Counted from the stretch's first letter, positions 40,905-52,734 are shown. The stretch: DNA of 57,656 bases from Guillardia theta CCMP2712 (GCF_000315625.1 NW_005434642.1:162446-220101), one strand, 5' to 3'. A program made the numbers and translations. Notes: generated by a model from the letters alone, not told the origin.

Positions 40905-41835
40905 CCCCACCCACTATCGAACTCTGGAAACAGGGGTAGGGGTACTATAGGTCGTATGAAAGGCGTCTAGCAAGGGAGGTAGGGTATATGACCGGTCATT
41001 CATCAATACTGTCACCGGTATATGTAGAATGTACCCCTCAGAAAATGTACCCCTATATACCTTTAAAAATTTATTACAAAGAACGGGTCATACTTCATAA
41101 AGTACCGGTTACTGTAAATGGGACCCTGCAAGACCTAGGGTGATATACAGACCGGTGGTTAAAAATGCGTCCAGGGTCCTTATGTTTGACTATAATTAGA
41201 TGCTATAGTCAAGGGACGCATTGATTACAACAATGGCAATCGTGTACATAGTCAATATTTGTATACATTTTTGACTACAACCATGTATATTGGGTCGCTG
41301 CGTCCGATGGCGTGGAAGAGTGGATACATGGGCAGCGGCAACGAGAGGAGGAGGGAGAGAGAGAGCAGTGGAGGAGGCAGTAGCAGGCGAGGGAAGTGAG
41401 GAGACGGTATGCGCAGAGTGAGGGTGGCCTTGGAGGAGGCGAGAGGAATGGGGGCTGAACGTGAGCATTTATACAAGAGGACGAAGCAGGTGACCTCTTG
41501 CGAGGGGCAAGTGAGCGACAGGGTTGAAAGAGCTGGTAGGAAACAAGAGCGAGAGCGGGTTGCATGTTTACTATATCGGAGTACTTTGTTAGAGCTAGCG
41601 ATGGCGCATAAGTTTTTAGATCTTGTTGGAGTGGTCGCAGGGTTAGCATCCCTGCTATGAGTCACAAAACACCAAAAACTGATATTCAGATTTCAGCTCT
41701 GACATTGCCTATTCCAGGCCATCGCTGATATGGTCAATTATCTTTGTGGCCGTGGTGAAATGTCGCCATGGAGCCCTCGTATATGTTCTCTCTTCATCTG
41801 AGGCATGCATTGCCAGAAAACAATATACCACAACA

Positions 41836-43325
41836 ATGTTACTTGACGACCTTAACGCTTCATTCGGCGATGCAGAAATGCATCTCAGATCCATGAGCAG
41901 TGCAAGTGCCAGCTCAAGTGATTCCCCGCCCGTACATTATGGGAGGCAGGATCTTGGCAGCTTCCAGCCGATCGTGAATGGGAAGTCAGCTAAGTTGTGT
42001 GACTTCTGGTCGAGGAATGGCAACTGTGTTCATGGAGAGCACTGTAGGTTCTTGCACGACCCCTCAGTTGCTCCGAGGCCTCTGCAGCTGGACATCAGGT
42101 CAAAGAGATCCAGGCCGAACGTTCAAAGTCTCCTGCAGCTTCACAAGGGCAATGACAATGACTTGATCAGCCTGGACTTTCCACCTCCGAACATCAACCT
42201 GAATGCGACTTCACCCAACATGATCTTGGCAAACGACACAAGACCTTTTTCCAAGAAGAAGCAGCGAGTTTGCGATTTCTTCCTCAAGTATGGTAACTGC
42301 AGACAACAGGAAGCTTGCAGGTTTCTGCACCTTCGACTGGAGGACGTTGTCCAACAAAACGCGTTGCAGATCGTTGCTCCAGAGCATCACAACCATTCCT
42401 TTGGTGATTTGCCACAAGGACAATCTGCGCTTCATTCTTTTGAGGTGCAACACAATCACAATTCTCTGGGTAGCAATGTTGGTGGTTCAGATTTCCAACC
42501 TCTGCCAGATCTTATTCGATGCGATGATGACGAAGCTGCCCAGTTGTCTCAGAACCAGCCTTTCCGGCATCAGCTCTTGGAAAGCCCGGGAGAGCAAGCA
42601 CTTGGGCTTGCAGGACAGCGACTTCCCTTCAGTTCTACGGAGAATGGAAGCCCTACTTTCAACATGGAATCCAGGGGGACCAGAGGAGACGGGTTCAAGC
42701 GGTATGCCTCCCGAGAAGCTCCAAAGCTCAATTATGAATCGGCCTTTCATGCAATACCCAGGCCCTTGTCATATTTTCCGAGCTCGCAGTTCCCACTCCC
42801 GGATACATTCACAGACTCGGACTTTCGGAATTCCTCGGTCAAAGAATTTTCTGCGCTCTGTGGACGGTCTGCAACGCTGCAGCATGACGACGCCCTTTCG
42901 TCGATTCCGTTGTGGGCGGAAGAGCCGAGGGCTCAAAGGAACATGCAGGCCAGAAGTGCCACCATGCCGAAGCCATCCTACATACCAGGAGGTAATGAGA
43001 ACGGTGATGTCAGTGCAGGGAGTCTAACTTCGTTGCTAGTTGCTCGCGCTATGGATGGAAGCATGTGGCTTGTGTCTCCTGATGGATGGGCTGTGTTAAG
43101 CGAAGCGTCTAATTCATCCACGATGAATGTTGGCCGGCGACGACTTTGCGATTTCTTTTGTAAGCATGGCAATTGCCGGCATGGCCTTACGTGCTCATTC
43201 CTTCATGTCACGGTCAGTGTTTGGGATTTGAGATCAATGGCTAACACTCATTACAGGAAAGTATGCCGGTGGAGGACTACATTGAGGCCAGAACAAGGAA
43301 AATGGATCTTTCCAAGTTTCAGTGA
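41836..43325 (+). CDS. Protein with three CCCH zinc fingers (probable RNA-binding protein)
   Basis: CDFWSRNGNCVHGEHCRFLH, CDFFLKYGNCRQQEACRFLH, CDFFCKHGNCRHGLTCSFLH (C-x8-C-x5-C-x3-H). Probable last intron at about 43213-43257. Confidence 0.85.
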
Positions 43326-43540
43326 TCCACTGGAAACTTTCAGAGCTGCTTTGTTTCTCTATCTTTTTCTTCTTTCATGCTCCAGCAGGCAAAGAGGCTT
43401 GCATGTAGTACAAGGACGATTTGCATACATAGCTTGAAGAGTTTGGCTCGTGTTATGAAAATTAGTTTCAACTCAAGGCATTCACTCAAACATTATGTAC
43501 AGCCATCGTATGATATTCAACTCACCGTCATCATTGAGCA

Positions 43541-44458
43541 TCATCTGATCTTGATCCATGCGAGGAGCAAAGCGATGCTGACGCTGAGCAAGACTACTGT
43601 GGTACTGGGGAAGGAGAAACGAGCAGGTGATCCATCATCGACAGCAACGTATGGTTTCCGTGCCTTGACGCTGACAATGCGAGGATTCTTCCCTCTCTCT
43701 AATATGGCAGCCGAGAGCCTATCTCCATACAAGCAGCCCGTGTCCAGCCCCGTCGCGTGCTTGTACAGCTGAAGCCGTCTTTTCGCGTCATGCCCGAAGT
43801 AGACATGGCTAGGTCCCTTCCAGAGGGCAGCCCATGGCTCACTGACGCCATCGTCCAGCTCCAAGGCTTCGTACCTGGTACGACAAGTCTCTGACTCCTC
43901 CTCGCCTGCATTGCAAACTCTGAGATTGCGCATTGTCACCATGTGCCGATGATCCTGCTCAGCAAGCGAAAGGTCCGGCACGAGCCCAGCATGCACGACT
44001 ATCACGTTGTAGCTGGGAATGGATATCGTAAAGGGCAGAGAGCGAATGAATTCAACATCCTCCACGCACAACCCATCCGTCCACTCATACTTCTCCTCCA
44101 CGTCCTTTACCTTCCCCCCCGACCGAGCAAAGTAACCCCTCAAAGAAGAGATCTCGTGATTCCCAACGACAGCCATCGCATTCATGCGCCTTGCAAGTCG
44201 TACTACCTCCACTGACTTAGGGCCTTTGTTCACCTGCTCACACCCGTCAGACTACATTGAGCCACCAGCGTTGTCATTCAGAGTGCCTACCAGGTCCCCG
44301 GCGAGGATGAGGAGGTCTCCCTCCTTGTGATGGAGGCGCAGGAGCTCCTCGAGCTCGTCACAGCAGCCATGGACATCTCCCACGATCATGACGCGCCCTG
44401 GCTCCTCCTCGACCACCACGTGCCTGACCGCGTCTTCCCTCATGTGCATAACCCCCAT
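43541..44458 (-). CDS. ApaH-like / Ppn2-like metallophosphoesterase with a C-terminal transmembrane tail
   Basis: GDVHG, GDLV|NKG, GNHE, VHAG, FGHDA and GLDTGC motifs; one GT-AG intron; C-terminal TVVLLSVSIALLLAWIKIR*. Confidence 0.88.
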
Positions 44459-44470
44459 GTGTTCGCTTTT

Positions 44471-44517
44471 TTACGGATACCCTCCACGGATACCTCACAC
44501 GGATACCTCACGGATAT
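44471..44517. promoter_or_regulatory. Phased CGGATA array x4 just upstream of the phosphatase ATG
   Basis: CGGATA at 44474, 44487, 44500 and 44511. Regulatory role is inferred. Confidence 0.45.
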
Positions 44518-45244
44518 GTAGCGGGTCTTGAGCCTCGTCCCCGCTCAGGTCACATCCCCCACATACACGCAATGCCACAAACCAGTCAGCAGGGAGGGTG
44601 TGGAAGAGGAGGAGAAGGAGGAGGAGGAAGCTGCAGACATATGGCAGAGATTTTGATGGGAGAGGGGGAGAGATGGCAGAGATTTTGATGGGAGAGGGGG
44701 AGGTAGAGGAGACTAGAGCATGTACCAGACGAGGAGGGAAGAAGATTGAAATGGAGCGCGGTTGATTGCTTTGATGTTGAACCGTGAATTTGGATTTAGA
44801 GGAAGATGCTGATACAGATGTAGACGTCAAAGTTGACGTTGACATTTACGTTGACATCGACGTAGTCATAGATGTTTACGTAGATGTTGAAGTTGAGGGC
44901 TATTCCCTCTGCTTGAGATATTTCGTGTTCATCCTCTGACACAATGATTACACCCGCACCTGTGGCTGAGTGCATCGTCCTCCAGGTAGACACCATGGAC
45001 GAGATGGATGTCGCCCCAATGACTGGAACATCAAAGTCTACCGCGGCTAGATCTCGCAGGTACCCTCTGGCGTCTTGAACTTCTTGATCGGATCTTGTAT
45101 GATTGACACCACGCTCCTCCAGCTGGCTCTATGGTGACTTCTACGGGTTGAGAAGGATCGAGATTTTGCTAGCGGTGATGGCAGATGATGGCTCGTCTTT
45201 TTCGCTTCTGACTGCAGCAACAACAGGTTGAATTCCTCGTTATC

Positions 45245-46096
45245 TTGATAATGTTTACTTGGGCTCTTTCGCTCTCAACGGAAGCCAAAGGGGGAGGGAG
45301 CACTTGCACTGGTCTGCAGGATTGTATCCAGGTCCCCAGCACTCCGGGTAAATCCAACGGTCCTTTCCTGTTGCCAAACCTGCTGTTTGGTTACAGCGAT
45401 CTCGAGCCATACATTGATCAGGCGACGATGATGTATCATTACAACAAGCACTTCAATGGTTACATGACCAACCTCAACAACGCGTTGAAGGGAACGCTCA
45501 GCGCGAATCTGACCGAGCTTGTCTTGAATCCAACTGACTCGACGATAAGGAACAACGGAGGAGGATTCTACAACCATGGTTTGTTTTTCCGGATCATGTG
45601 CACTGCGAGTAGGTCGGAGACTCCGTCGAAGCTTCTAGAAGATGCCATCATAAAGTCATTCGGATCAATGGCACAGATGAAACAACAGTTTGCAGCTCAG
45701 GCTTCGTCTCGGTTTGGGTCTGGCTGGGTCTGGCTGGGTGCCTTTGATCTTGTGTGGGTGAAGATTATGACGTTTTATATATGTAGGTGTTCTGCCTGAT
45801 GGAAAACTAGGAATTACAACAACAGCAAACCAGGATACTCCGTTCATGAAGGTACAAGACATACAGTATCAACTGATGTATCCCTTCCTGGGCCTGGATG
45901 TTTGGGAACATGCATACTACCTCAACTACCAGGTGAGCGTGCAAGTTGAGAGGGTTAGGCTGCTGACATGTGACCGTAGAATCAGCGCTCTTCCTACGTA
46001 GACGCCTGGTGGAACATTGTAAACTGGAGTCAAGTGTCATACTACTACGAGAAATATGCTTCCAAGGGACAAGTTGTACCTTGGATACAAGAGTGA
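45245..46096 (+). CDS. Fe/Mn-family superoxide dismutase (Mn-type signatures) with a hydrophobic N-terminal extension
   Basis: LEPYID...[43 protein letters not shown]; two introns; 5' end uncertain. Confidence 0.92.
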
Positions 46097-46311
46097 AGTC
46101 TCCCAGCCCTCCCTGTTCCCTCTCCTCTCTATCACCTTATCGCCACTCTATTGTTGTTCGGCTCGTAGTGCCACTGGCTCCTTGTTTTAGGTTTTATTCG
46201 TAAGTCAAAGATTATCTTTTATTTTTGTACAACTCCTCAAAAACGAGTTCATCACTGCATAACCGTCGTCTCAGCAAAGCCAAGGAAGCAAGCAGGAATC
46301 ACATAGGTCAA

Positions 46312-48122
46312 CTACTTTTCAGAACTGGACCATTTTTGAGGTGTGCAACACAGTCCCACTTCTTGAGCATGCCCACAGGTATGCTTGCCCCATCCCTTCG
46401 AGAGCATGGTCAGATCGCAGGATAGGCGCATAGCAATAAAATGAGCATCAAGTAAAACTCACCGCATGTTTGCATTCAGAAATATCCTTTTCTTTGCCCG
46501 AGCATCTCACTTTGCTCATCCATATCTTTCCTTGGCCACCAATGTGGTTCTTTCCAGACAAGAAATTCTCAACTTTCTGCCCTTCTCCCTCGAACCCAAA
46601 TGCCTGTAAAGCGATGTGAGAATTGAAGCCAACATTCGAAGACCAAAGAAGAATAATTCGCATCCGCTTCACAAGACATAAAGGAGTGTGTGAGAACAGC
46701 AGTACACGGCATGCTTACCTTGCAAATGGTTCCAGCGTTGCGATCTCCGAATTGGTCGCTGCAAACAGTGCCCCACTTCAACCGTGCTTTAGAATATTGA
46801 CGAAGGAACAAGCGAGAAGAAACCTGATCTTCATGCAGCACTTCGAGCCGGCAAGCACGAGAGTTGCAATCGACAAGGCGCATAGTGCTTGTGCTGGCTT
46901 CAGGGCAGACCCCAGCAGAAGAGTCCCATCCCTCGCTAGGCCCTTGCTCCCCCAAAGGACCAGGCCTGCCGATCACTCCTGCTTCTCCCATGGTGCCTGA
47001 ACAGCACCAGCAAGTGAGTCTCCTTCCCCTTCTCAGCAAGTATCACATCACCTTTCTTTCCTTGCGGGCCCTCTGCCCCCCTTTCGCCTCTCGACCCCTC
47101 GTACCCCGGTGGCCCCATGGCTCCTGGCAATCCCCTAGGCCCAGAAGCACCTTGTGGGCCTGCTCGACGTGTAAGGACTGTACACACAATATGGAAGCTA
47201 TCTACCGACGGGCCCAGTAAGACCGTCCACGCCGTCTACTCCATTCATACCCCTAACACCAGGAACTCCCGGCTCCCCCCTCTGCGGGATGACCGCATTG
47301 ATCTCATCGGTGTCTTCCTCATTGACTTTCTTGACGTCTTGAGAGATAGACTGCACCTGTCATCAACTCATATCAGCCACCATGACAGCAGATTGGTGGA
47401 CCCCGACCTCTTCGTTGACGTAAGTCTCTACAGCTCTATCCGCGTTACTGATGCTGTTCTCCCTCTGAAGAAGCCTCTGGTCATCTGCCTCCACTTGGCT
47501 CAAGTCTTCATCCACTTCCTTCTCCTCTGCCAGAAACTCCCGTGGGACCATCGGCGACTGATCGGCGATCGTGACGCCCTCAGGGAGGGGAGGAAGCTGC
47601 ACCATTCCTGCTCCCCGCATCAATCGCACATTCGCCGGGGCGTATGCGAGCAGCTCCTCTACTCGAACAGGGTTGTAGAGATCCATTCCGGCTAGAGTCG
47701 TGATAGCTGCGAGACCAAGAAGAGTAACGGCGCAGATAGATATCCATCTCGATCGCTTTGCCCCACTGAAATCAGAGTCAGAAAATGGACAAACGAAAAC
47801 AAGAAATGCTATCGCAGGGAGACTAGACGAGTGTGATGCATTGATATCATGCAATCACAATGAAGACAAAAATGATGTTTGCGGAGTTGACAAGGAGATC
47901 ATGGCAAGAGATATGAAGGGAAAGGACAAGGTAACCTTGCAGAGTCTAAGGTTCACAGGCGACAAATCAGTTCAACGTAGAGAGCAGGAGAGTGAGAGAG
48001 TATAGAGGAGATGGAGAGAGATGATGATCATATGAAAAACATCATTGCCACATCATTCGTCCCCACCTCATAGCCATGCCTCCCAGCAGCGGTAGATCCT
48101 CCCCCATTCTTCCTGCCATCAT
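46312..48122 (-). CDS. Type II membrane protein: short N-tail, TM, coiled coil, collagen (Gly-X-Y) and C-terminal SRCR domain
   Basis: [18 protein letters not shown]|[27 protein letters not shown]; acidic heptad stalk; about 28 GXY triplets over three exons; SRCR motifs MRLVD...RLEVLH..|WGTVCSD...ICK|..[19 protein letters not shown]|[17 protein letters not shown]. Confidence 0.85.
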
Positions 48123-48262
48123 GACCTTTCGCCGCAGCTACCACCTACCCCTTTCGATATATGAGAATGAACCCACCCTCTACATTAGGGTTTGAACCAC
48201 CCCTATTTCTCTATTAAAATAACCCTGACCCTCTCGCGAATTTTAAAACGTTGTTCAAGGAC

Positions 48263-48322
48263 TTTACGGATACCGTCGCGGATACTGTCGCGGATAGATC
48301 ACGGATATTTTTTGACGGATAC
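48263..48322. promoter_or_regulatory. Phased CGGATA array x5 between the divergent SRCR and TyrRS genes
   Basis: CGGATA at 48267, 48279, 48291, 48302 and 48316. Regulatory role is inferred. Confidence 0.45.
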
Positions 48323-49083
48323 TTGTGAATTTTTTGTTATTTGCGGAGGAAAAATTTGCATGCGTGTCATGTGGAGGGGAGGGCGAGGGAAGGAGGAGGG
48401 AGCGGGGACGGAGTGTGCTGGTGAAACAGAAGGAAGGAGCGGGAGATAGAATGATACAGTCAGAGATGGTGCGGAAAACAGGTCCAGAAGCAGAGCCAGG
48501 GAAAGTGGGAGGGCCGTGGCTAGAGGCTCATGAGGGGGTCGATGGATGGGAGCTGAGGTACAATAGGTTTGGAGTCAGGGGAAGGGAAGGGAAGTGCTGG
48601 GGCGTCTGCGAGAGGAAATGCAGAGAGTAGGATGGAGGAAGGTGGGCAGGGGGTATAGTTGGAAAGATATTCTGAACGTGAGAGGACCAGGATCCTGTTG
48701 GGACGCAGCAGTAGGGGATAGCCATAGGTCGGTCGTGAACTGAGTTAACGATGAGAGACTAGGAAAGGAAGTAGGGATATTGAAAGAAGAAGATATAGAC
48801 TTAGCAAATGAGGCATAGAATTGGGATCCAAGAACTGTGGGCGGATCTGTATGTATTGGTCAAGGAAGGCAAAAATCTCTATAATGACAAGGATAGGGGA
48901 GGGACAGTTACTGGTCAAACTTTGTGTTGCTGCTGTTGAGCTCTTCGCAGTATTCATTTTTTTGTTTTGCTCTCTAGGCCTCAGGGAAGAAGGCTCAGCT
49001 CATGAGAGACGAGGAAGGAGCTGCTGTGAAGTACTGTGTCTTGAACTTGTAGACATGGCAGGGTCAGGTGTGATGTAGCTAGG

Positions 49084-51692
49084 ATGTTGTCTGAGCGAAC
49101 GAGCTTCAAAGTCCTTTTCCTTGCGTGTTGCCTTCAGATTTGTGCCGAGAAAGTCTTTGCGTCAAGTGGTGTGCCCCTTCCTGTTCTTGCCGAGTTGTAT
49201 CAGAGAAGCAGGATGCATGCCGAGGTCGCGCCGGTGAGTGGAAGCGAGACACTGGTGAAGGATACAAACATAGCACACGAGAAGCTTAGAGGAGGGACTA
49301 ACATCGCCGGATACAACAACTATTCTCTTCCCTTGCTTGCAACCTCAACTCACAATCTGACATCTCCCCCTTGGTGGTCTCAGGGAAAGATGTCGAGCGC
49401 ATGGCAGGCCCAGGCGGAGGCACAGGGGGAGGTTGTCCGCAAGATGAAGGAAGAGATGAAAGCGAACCCGGTTGGTCGATCGGAAGTGAATGTTTTCTCT
49501 TTGATGACATTTCGACTTCAGGCTGCGCATACCAAAGAACAACTGGATGCTGAAGTTGCCAAGTTGAAGGAGCTGAAGGCGAAGGCTGATGTGAGCTTGT
49601 GTTCTTTGTCCAACCTCGTCTTCTTCCTGCACCCCTCCTCCTTCCATTCTTCTTCCTCTCAATTTGTCTCTCCTCCTCTCTCTTGTACCTCGTCTGTTGC
49701 TCTCCTGACCCCAGAATTGACAGGATCCCATGAACGCTCTGGAGGATCCGGTCATCAAGGCGAAGTACCAGCTCGTTAGGAGTGTGGGAGAAGAATGCGT
49801 GAGTAGCACGATTAGAAGCTGGGCGAGCAAGAGCTGAGAGACTGTCGGTGGCAGGTCACGGACGGAGAGCTTGCTCTCCTGCTGTCCAAGAAGCCAGATG
49901 TGAGTGTGTCAAGGTGGTTGTGCGGTGACGGCTGACTGCCCTTACTCAGTCGTTTCGGTTGTACGACGGGTTTGAGCCCTCGGGCCGCATGCACATTGCG
50001 CAGGGCATCTTCAAGGCCATGAATGTCAACAAGTGCACCAAGTCCGGAGGGACTTTCATCTTCTGGGTGGCCGACTGGTTCGCGCTCATGAACGACAAGA
50101 TGGGGGGCGATCTGGAGAAAATCAAGACGGTGGGCAAGTACTTGGTGGAGGTGTGGAAGGCCACAGGGATGGACATGGACAGAGTTCAGTTCGTGTGGAG
50201 CTCGGAGGAGATCGCGTCCAATGCAGTCTCCTACTGGACGCAAGCGCTGGACATCGCGAGGAGGACAACGATCACGAGGGTGAAGAAGTGCTGTCAGATC
50301 ATGGGAAGGTTGGAGAACAAGCTGACGGCAGCTCAGATCCTCTACCCACTCATGCAGGCGACCGACATCTTCTTCCTCAAGGCAGACATCTGCCAGCTGG
50401 GAGTCGATCAAAGGAAGGTCAACATGCTTGCCAGGGAATATTGCGATTCCGCAGGGATCAAGAACAAGCCGATCATCCTGTCCCACCACATGCTGTACGG
50501 CCTGAAGAAAGGTCAAGAGAAGATGTCGAAGTCAGACCCTGACTCAGCGATCTTCATGGAGGACACGGAGGAGGACGTGGCGAGGAAGATCAATAACGCC
50601 TACTGCCCGAGCAAGCCCGAAGATGAAGCCCCTGCAGCGCAGGCCGAGGACATCGACGCTGGTCTTGAAAGTATGCACTTGACCTCCGACGATCTCAAGA
50701 ACCCTTGCCTCGACTACGTGGAGAATATCATCTTCTCTGTGCCCGAGGCCACTTTCACAGCTGGGGGTTCCACTTACAACTCCTTTCAGAGCGTCAAAGA
50801 CGACTTTGTCGCCGGGAAACTGAGCGAGGCAGAGCTCAAGGGCGGATTGATCGCTGCAGTCAACAGGCTGCTGGACCCTGTGAGGAAGCACTTCAAGGAG
50901 GACGCCAACGCCAAGGCCATCCTCGACCAGGTGATGCAGTGGAAGAAGGAGAACCTCGTGCCCCCCAAGGGACTCAAGAGGCTCGTGGCCATGCAGAGCA
51001 GCAAGCCTGTCTGGTGTGTCTTCGCCCCCTACGCCACTGCTGAGATCACCCTGGGCCAGCTGACCTCCATCATCCGCCACCTCCAGCAGGCTCCTGCTGA
51101 CCACCAGAAGGTCTTGTGGTGCCCGGACTGGAGCAGCTTCGCCGTCAACAGCTGCAACGGGGAGCAGAAGGTCATCTCTGCCTGCTACAGCATGATGATC
51201 GAGGCCCTCACGGCTGTGATGCCTGACCTGATGAAGGACGTCAAGGTCCTGATCCAGAGCGAGGCCATTCTCCTCGACCCCTCCCAGTACTGGATCTCCG
51301 TCATCAACGTCGGCCGTCACTTCCAGCTGCAACGGGTGCGAGCGGTGGACGAGGCCAACGAGACGGCCGGCCAGGTCATCGCTGCAATGATGCATGTCGG
51401 CGACGTGCTCGCCATCGCTCCCTCCACAATCTGCTCCTCCCCGGCGGCCAAGGTGGCGCACGAGCTTGCTTGCGACTACATCAAGGAGACGGAGGTCACT
51501 GAGATCGCGGTCCCCGCAGTACATGTGTCTCCTCCTGTCGACTCAGCGTTGAAGCCTCCTCATATGATGGACGGCCCTGCCAACGCCGACGACGAGATCT
51601 ATCTGCTCGACGCCTCCATGGACGTAGGAAGGAAACTGAAGCGCGCCTTCTGTGAGCCGTGAGTGATCTCCTCCTTTTCTCTTTCTCCTCCC

Positions 51693-51776
<84 letters not shown>

Positions 51777-52503
51777 CTTCTTTCTTCTCCTCCAGTTCCT
51801 TCTCCTGTCTCCGTCTCCATTCTCTGACACATTTCTTCTTCCTCCATCACCTGTTCTCACACAACTTGATGCAGAGGAAACGTAGAGCACTGTCCTCCCA
51901 TCACGCTTGTGGATGCCTGCGTCATCTCTGCAGGGAAGGGTCTCGCTATCAACCGCAAGGAGGAGAATGGAGGAGACAAGAACTATGTGTCCATTGGTAA
52001 GCCAACCTTTAAGCTCTTCCTCTCATTCCTCCTTTCCACTATCAATTCCCTTGCTTTCCCTCTCTTTCCTCTCCCTCTTCTCTCCATCCTCTCTCACAGA
52101 CGCATCGATGATCGGGCCCGCATCCTCATCCCCCCACCTCCACTCCCTCTCCTTCCAGGCTCCCCCTCCCCCTCTCATGGAAGATTCTCTATAACGCCTC
52201 CCCTCCATCGATCTTCTTTCCTCCCCTGCTCGATCTTTCACCTTCTCCTCTGCTCACTTCTCCTCCAAGACGACCTTGTCGCCGACTTCAAGTCCGGAGC
52301 TCTTCATCCCGGCGACTTGAAGCCCTCGGTCACCAAGGCGGTGGACGCCTACATGCAGCTCATTCGCGACCGCGTCAAGGCCAACGATGCAGCGAAGAAG
52401 GCGGAGGTGAGGGAGAGCCAGCAGCAGGGGCATGCCCTGACGGTGCTGACAGGCTGAGCTCAAGAACTTCCTCAAGAAAGCAGCGGCCAAGAAGAAGAAG
52501 TGA
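49084..52503 (+). CDS. TyrRS: Eukaryotic/archaeal-type tyrosyl-tRNA synthetase, double-length (pseudo-dimer), with WHEP domain and N-terminal signal-bearing extension
   Basis: YDGFEPSGRMHIAQG, YPLMQATD, LGVDQRK and KMSKS in the first half. Degenerate second half ending KLKRAFCEP|GN...LHPGDLKPSV. WHEP-like QGEVVRKMK...LDAEVAKLKELK after the internal Met at 49390. Confidence 0.93.
51693..51776. repeat. (CTCCTG)n intronic microsatellite
   Basis: Seen directly. Confidence 0.93.
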
Positions 52504-52624
52504 AGGGCGCCAGTAGGGAAACTCTCTCAGTACTCCTCGCCTTAGTTAAGTCACTCATGAACATGTCACACACTATGATCCCAGCAACTTCCGCCGCCCA
52601 ACTTGCATGTGTAGTACTACGGTA

Positions 52625-52655
52625 GTCACACTAAAACTCCACTGTAGCTCCTCAC
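52625..52655 (+). repeat. Dispersed element B, copy 2
   Basis: GTCACACTAAAACTCCACTGTAGCTCCTCAC. Confidence 0.88.
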
Positions 52656-52734
52656 TCCCTGGCGGCCGGCCGGGCCGCAAGGTCACTGAGAATGATTCTC
52701 AGTCTGGCCTGGGCCCGACTCGACTCTCTTGATT

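Noticed and set aside
44800-44900. Degenerate GTTGAC/GTAGAT hexamer run (VDVDVD-like)
   Set aside because: Looks like a decayed microsatellite with no supportable coding context.
49812-51524. Long antisense ORFs over TyrRS (likewise over H4, ARM and FOL1)
   Set aside because: Shadow ORFs caused by GC3-rich codon usage of the real genes.
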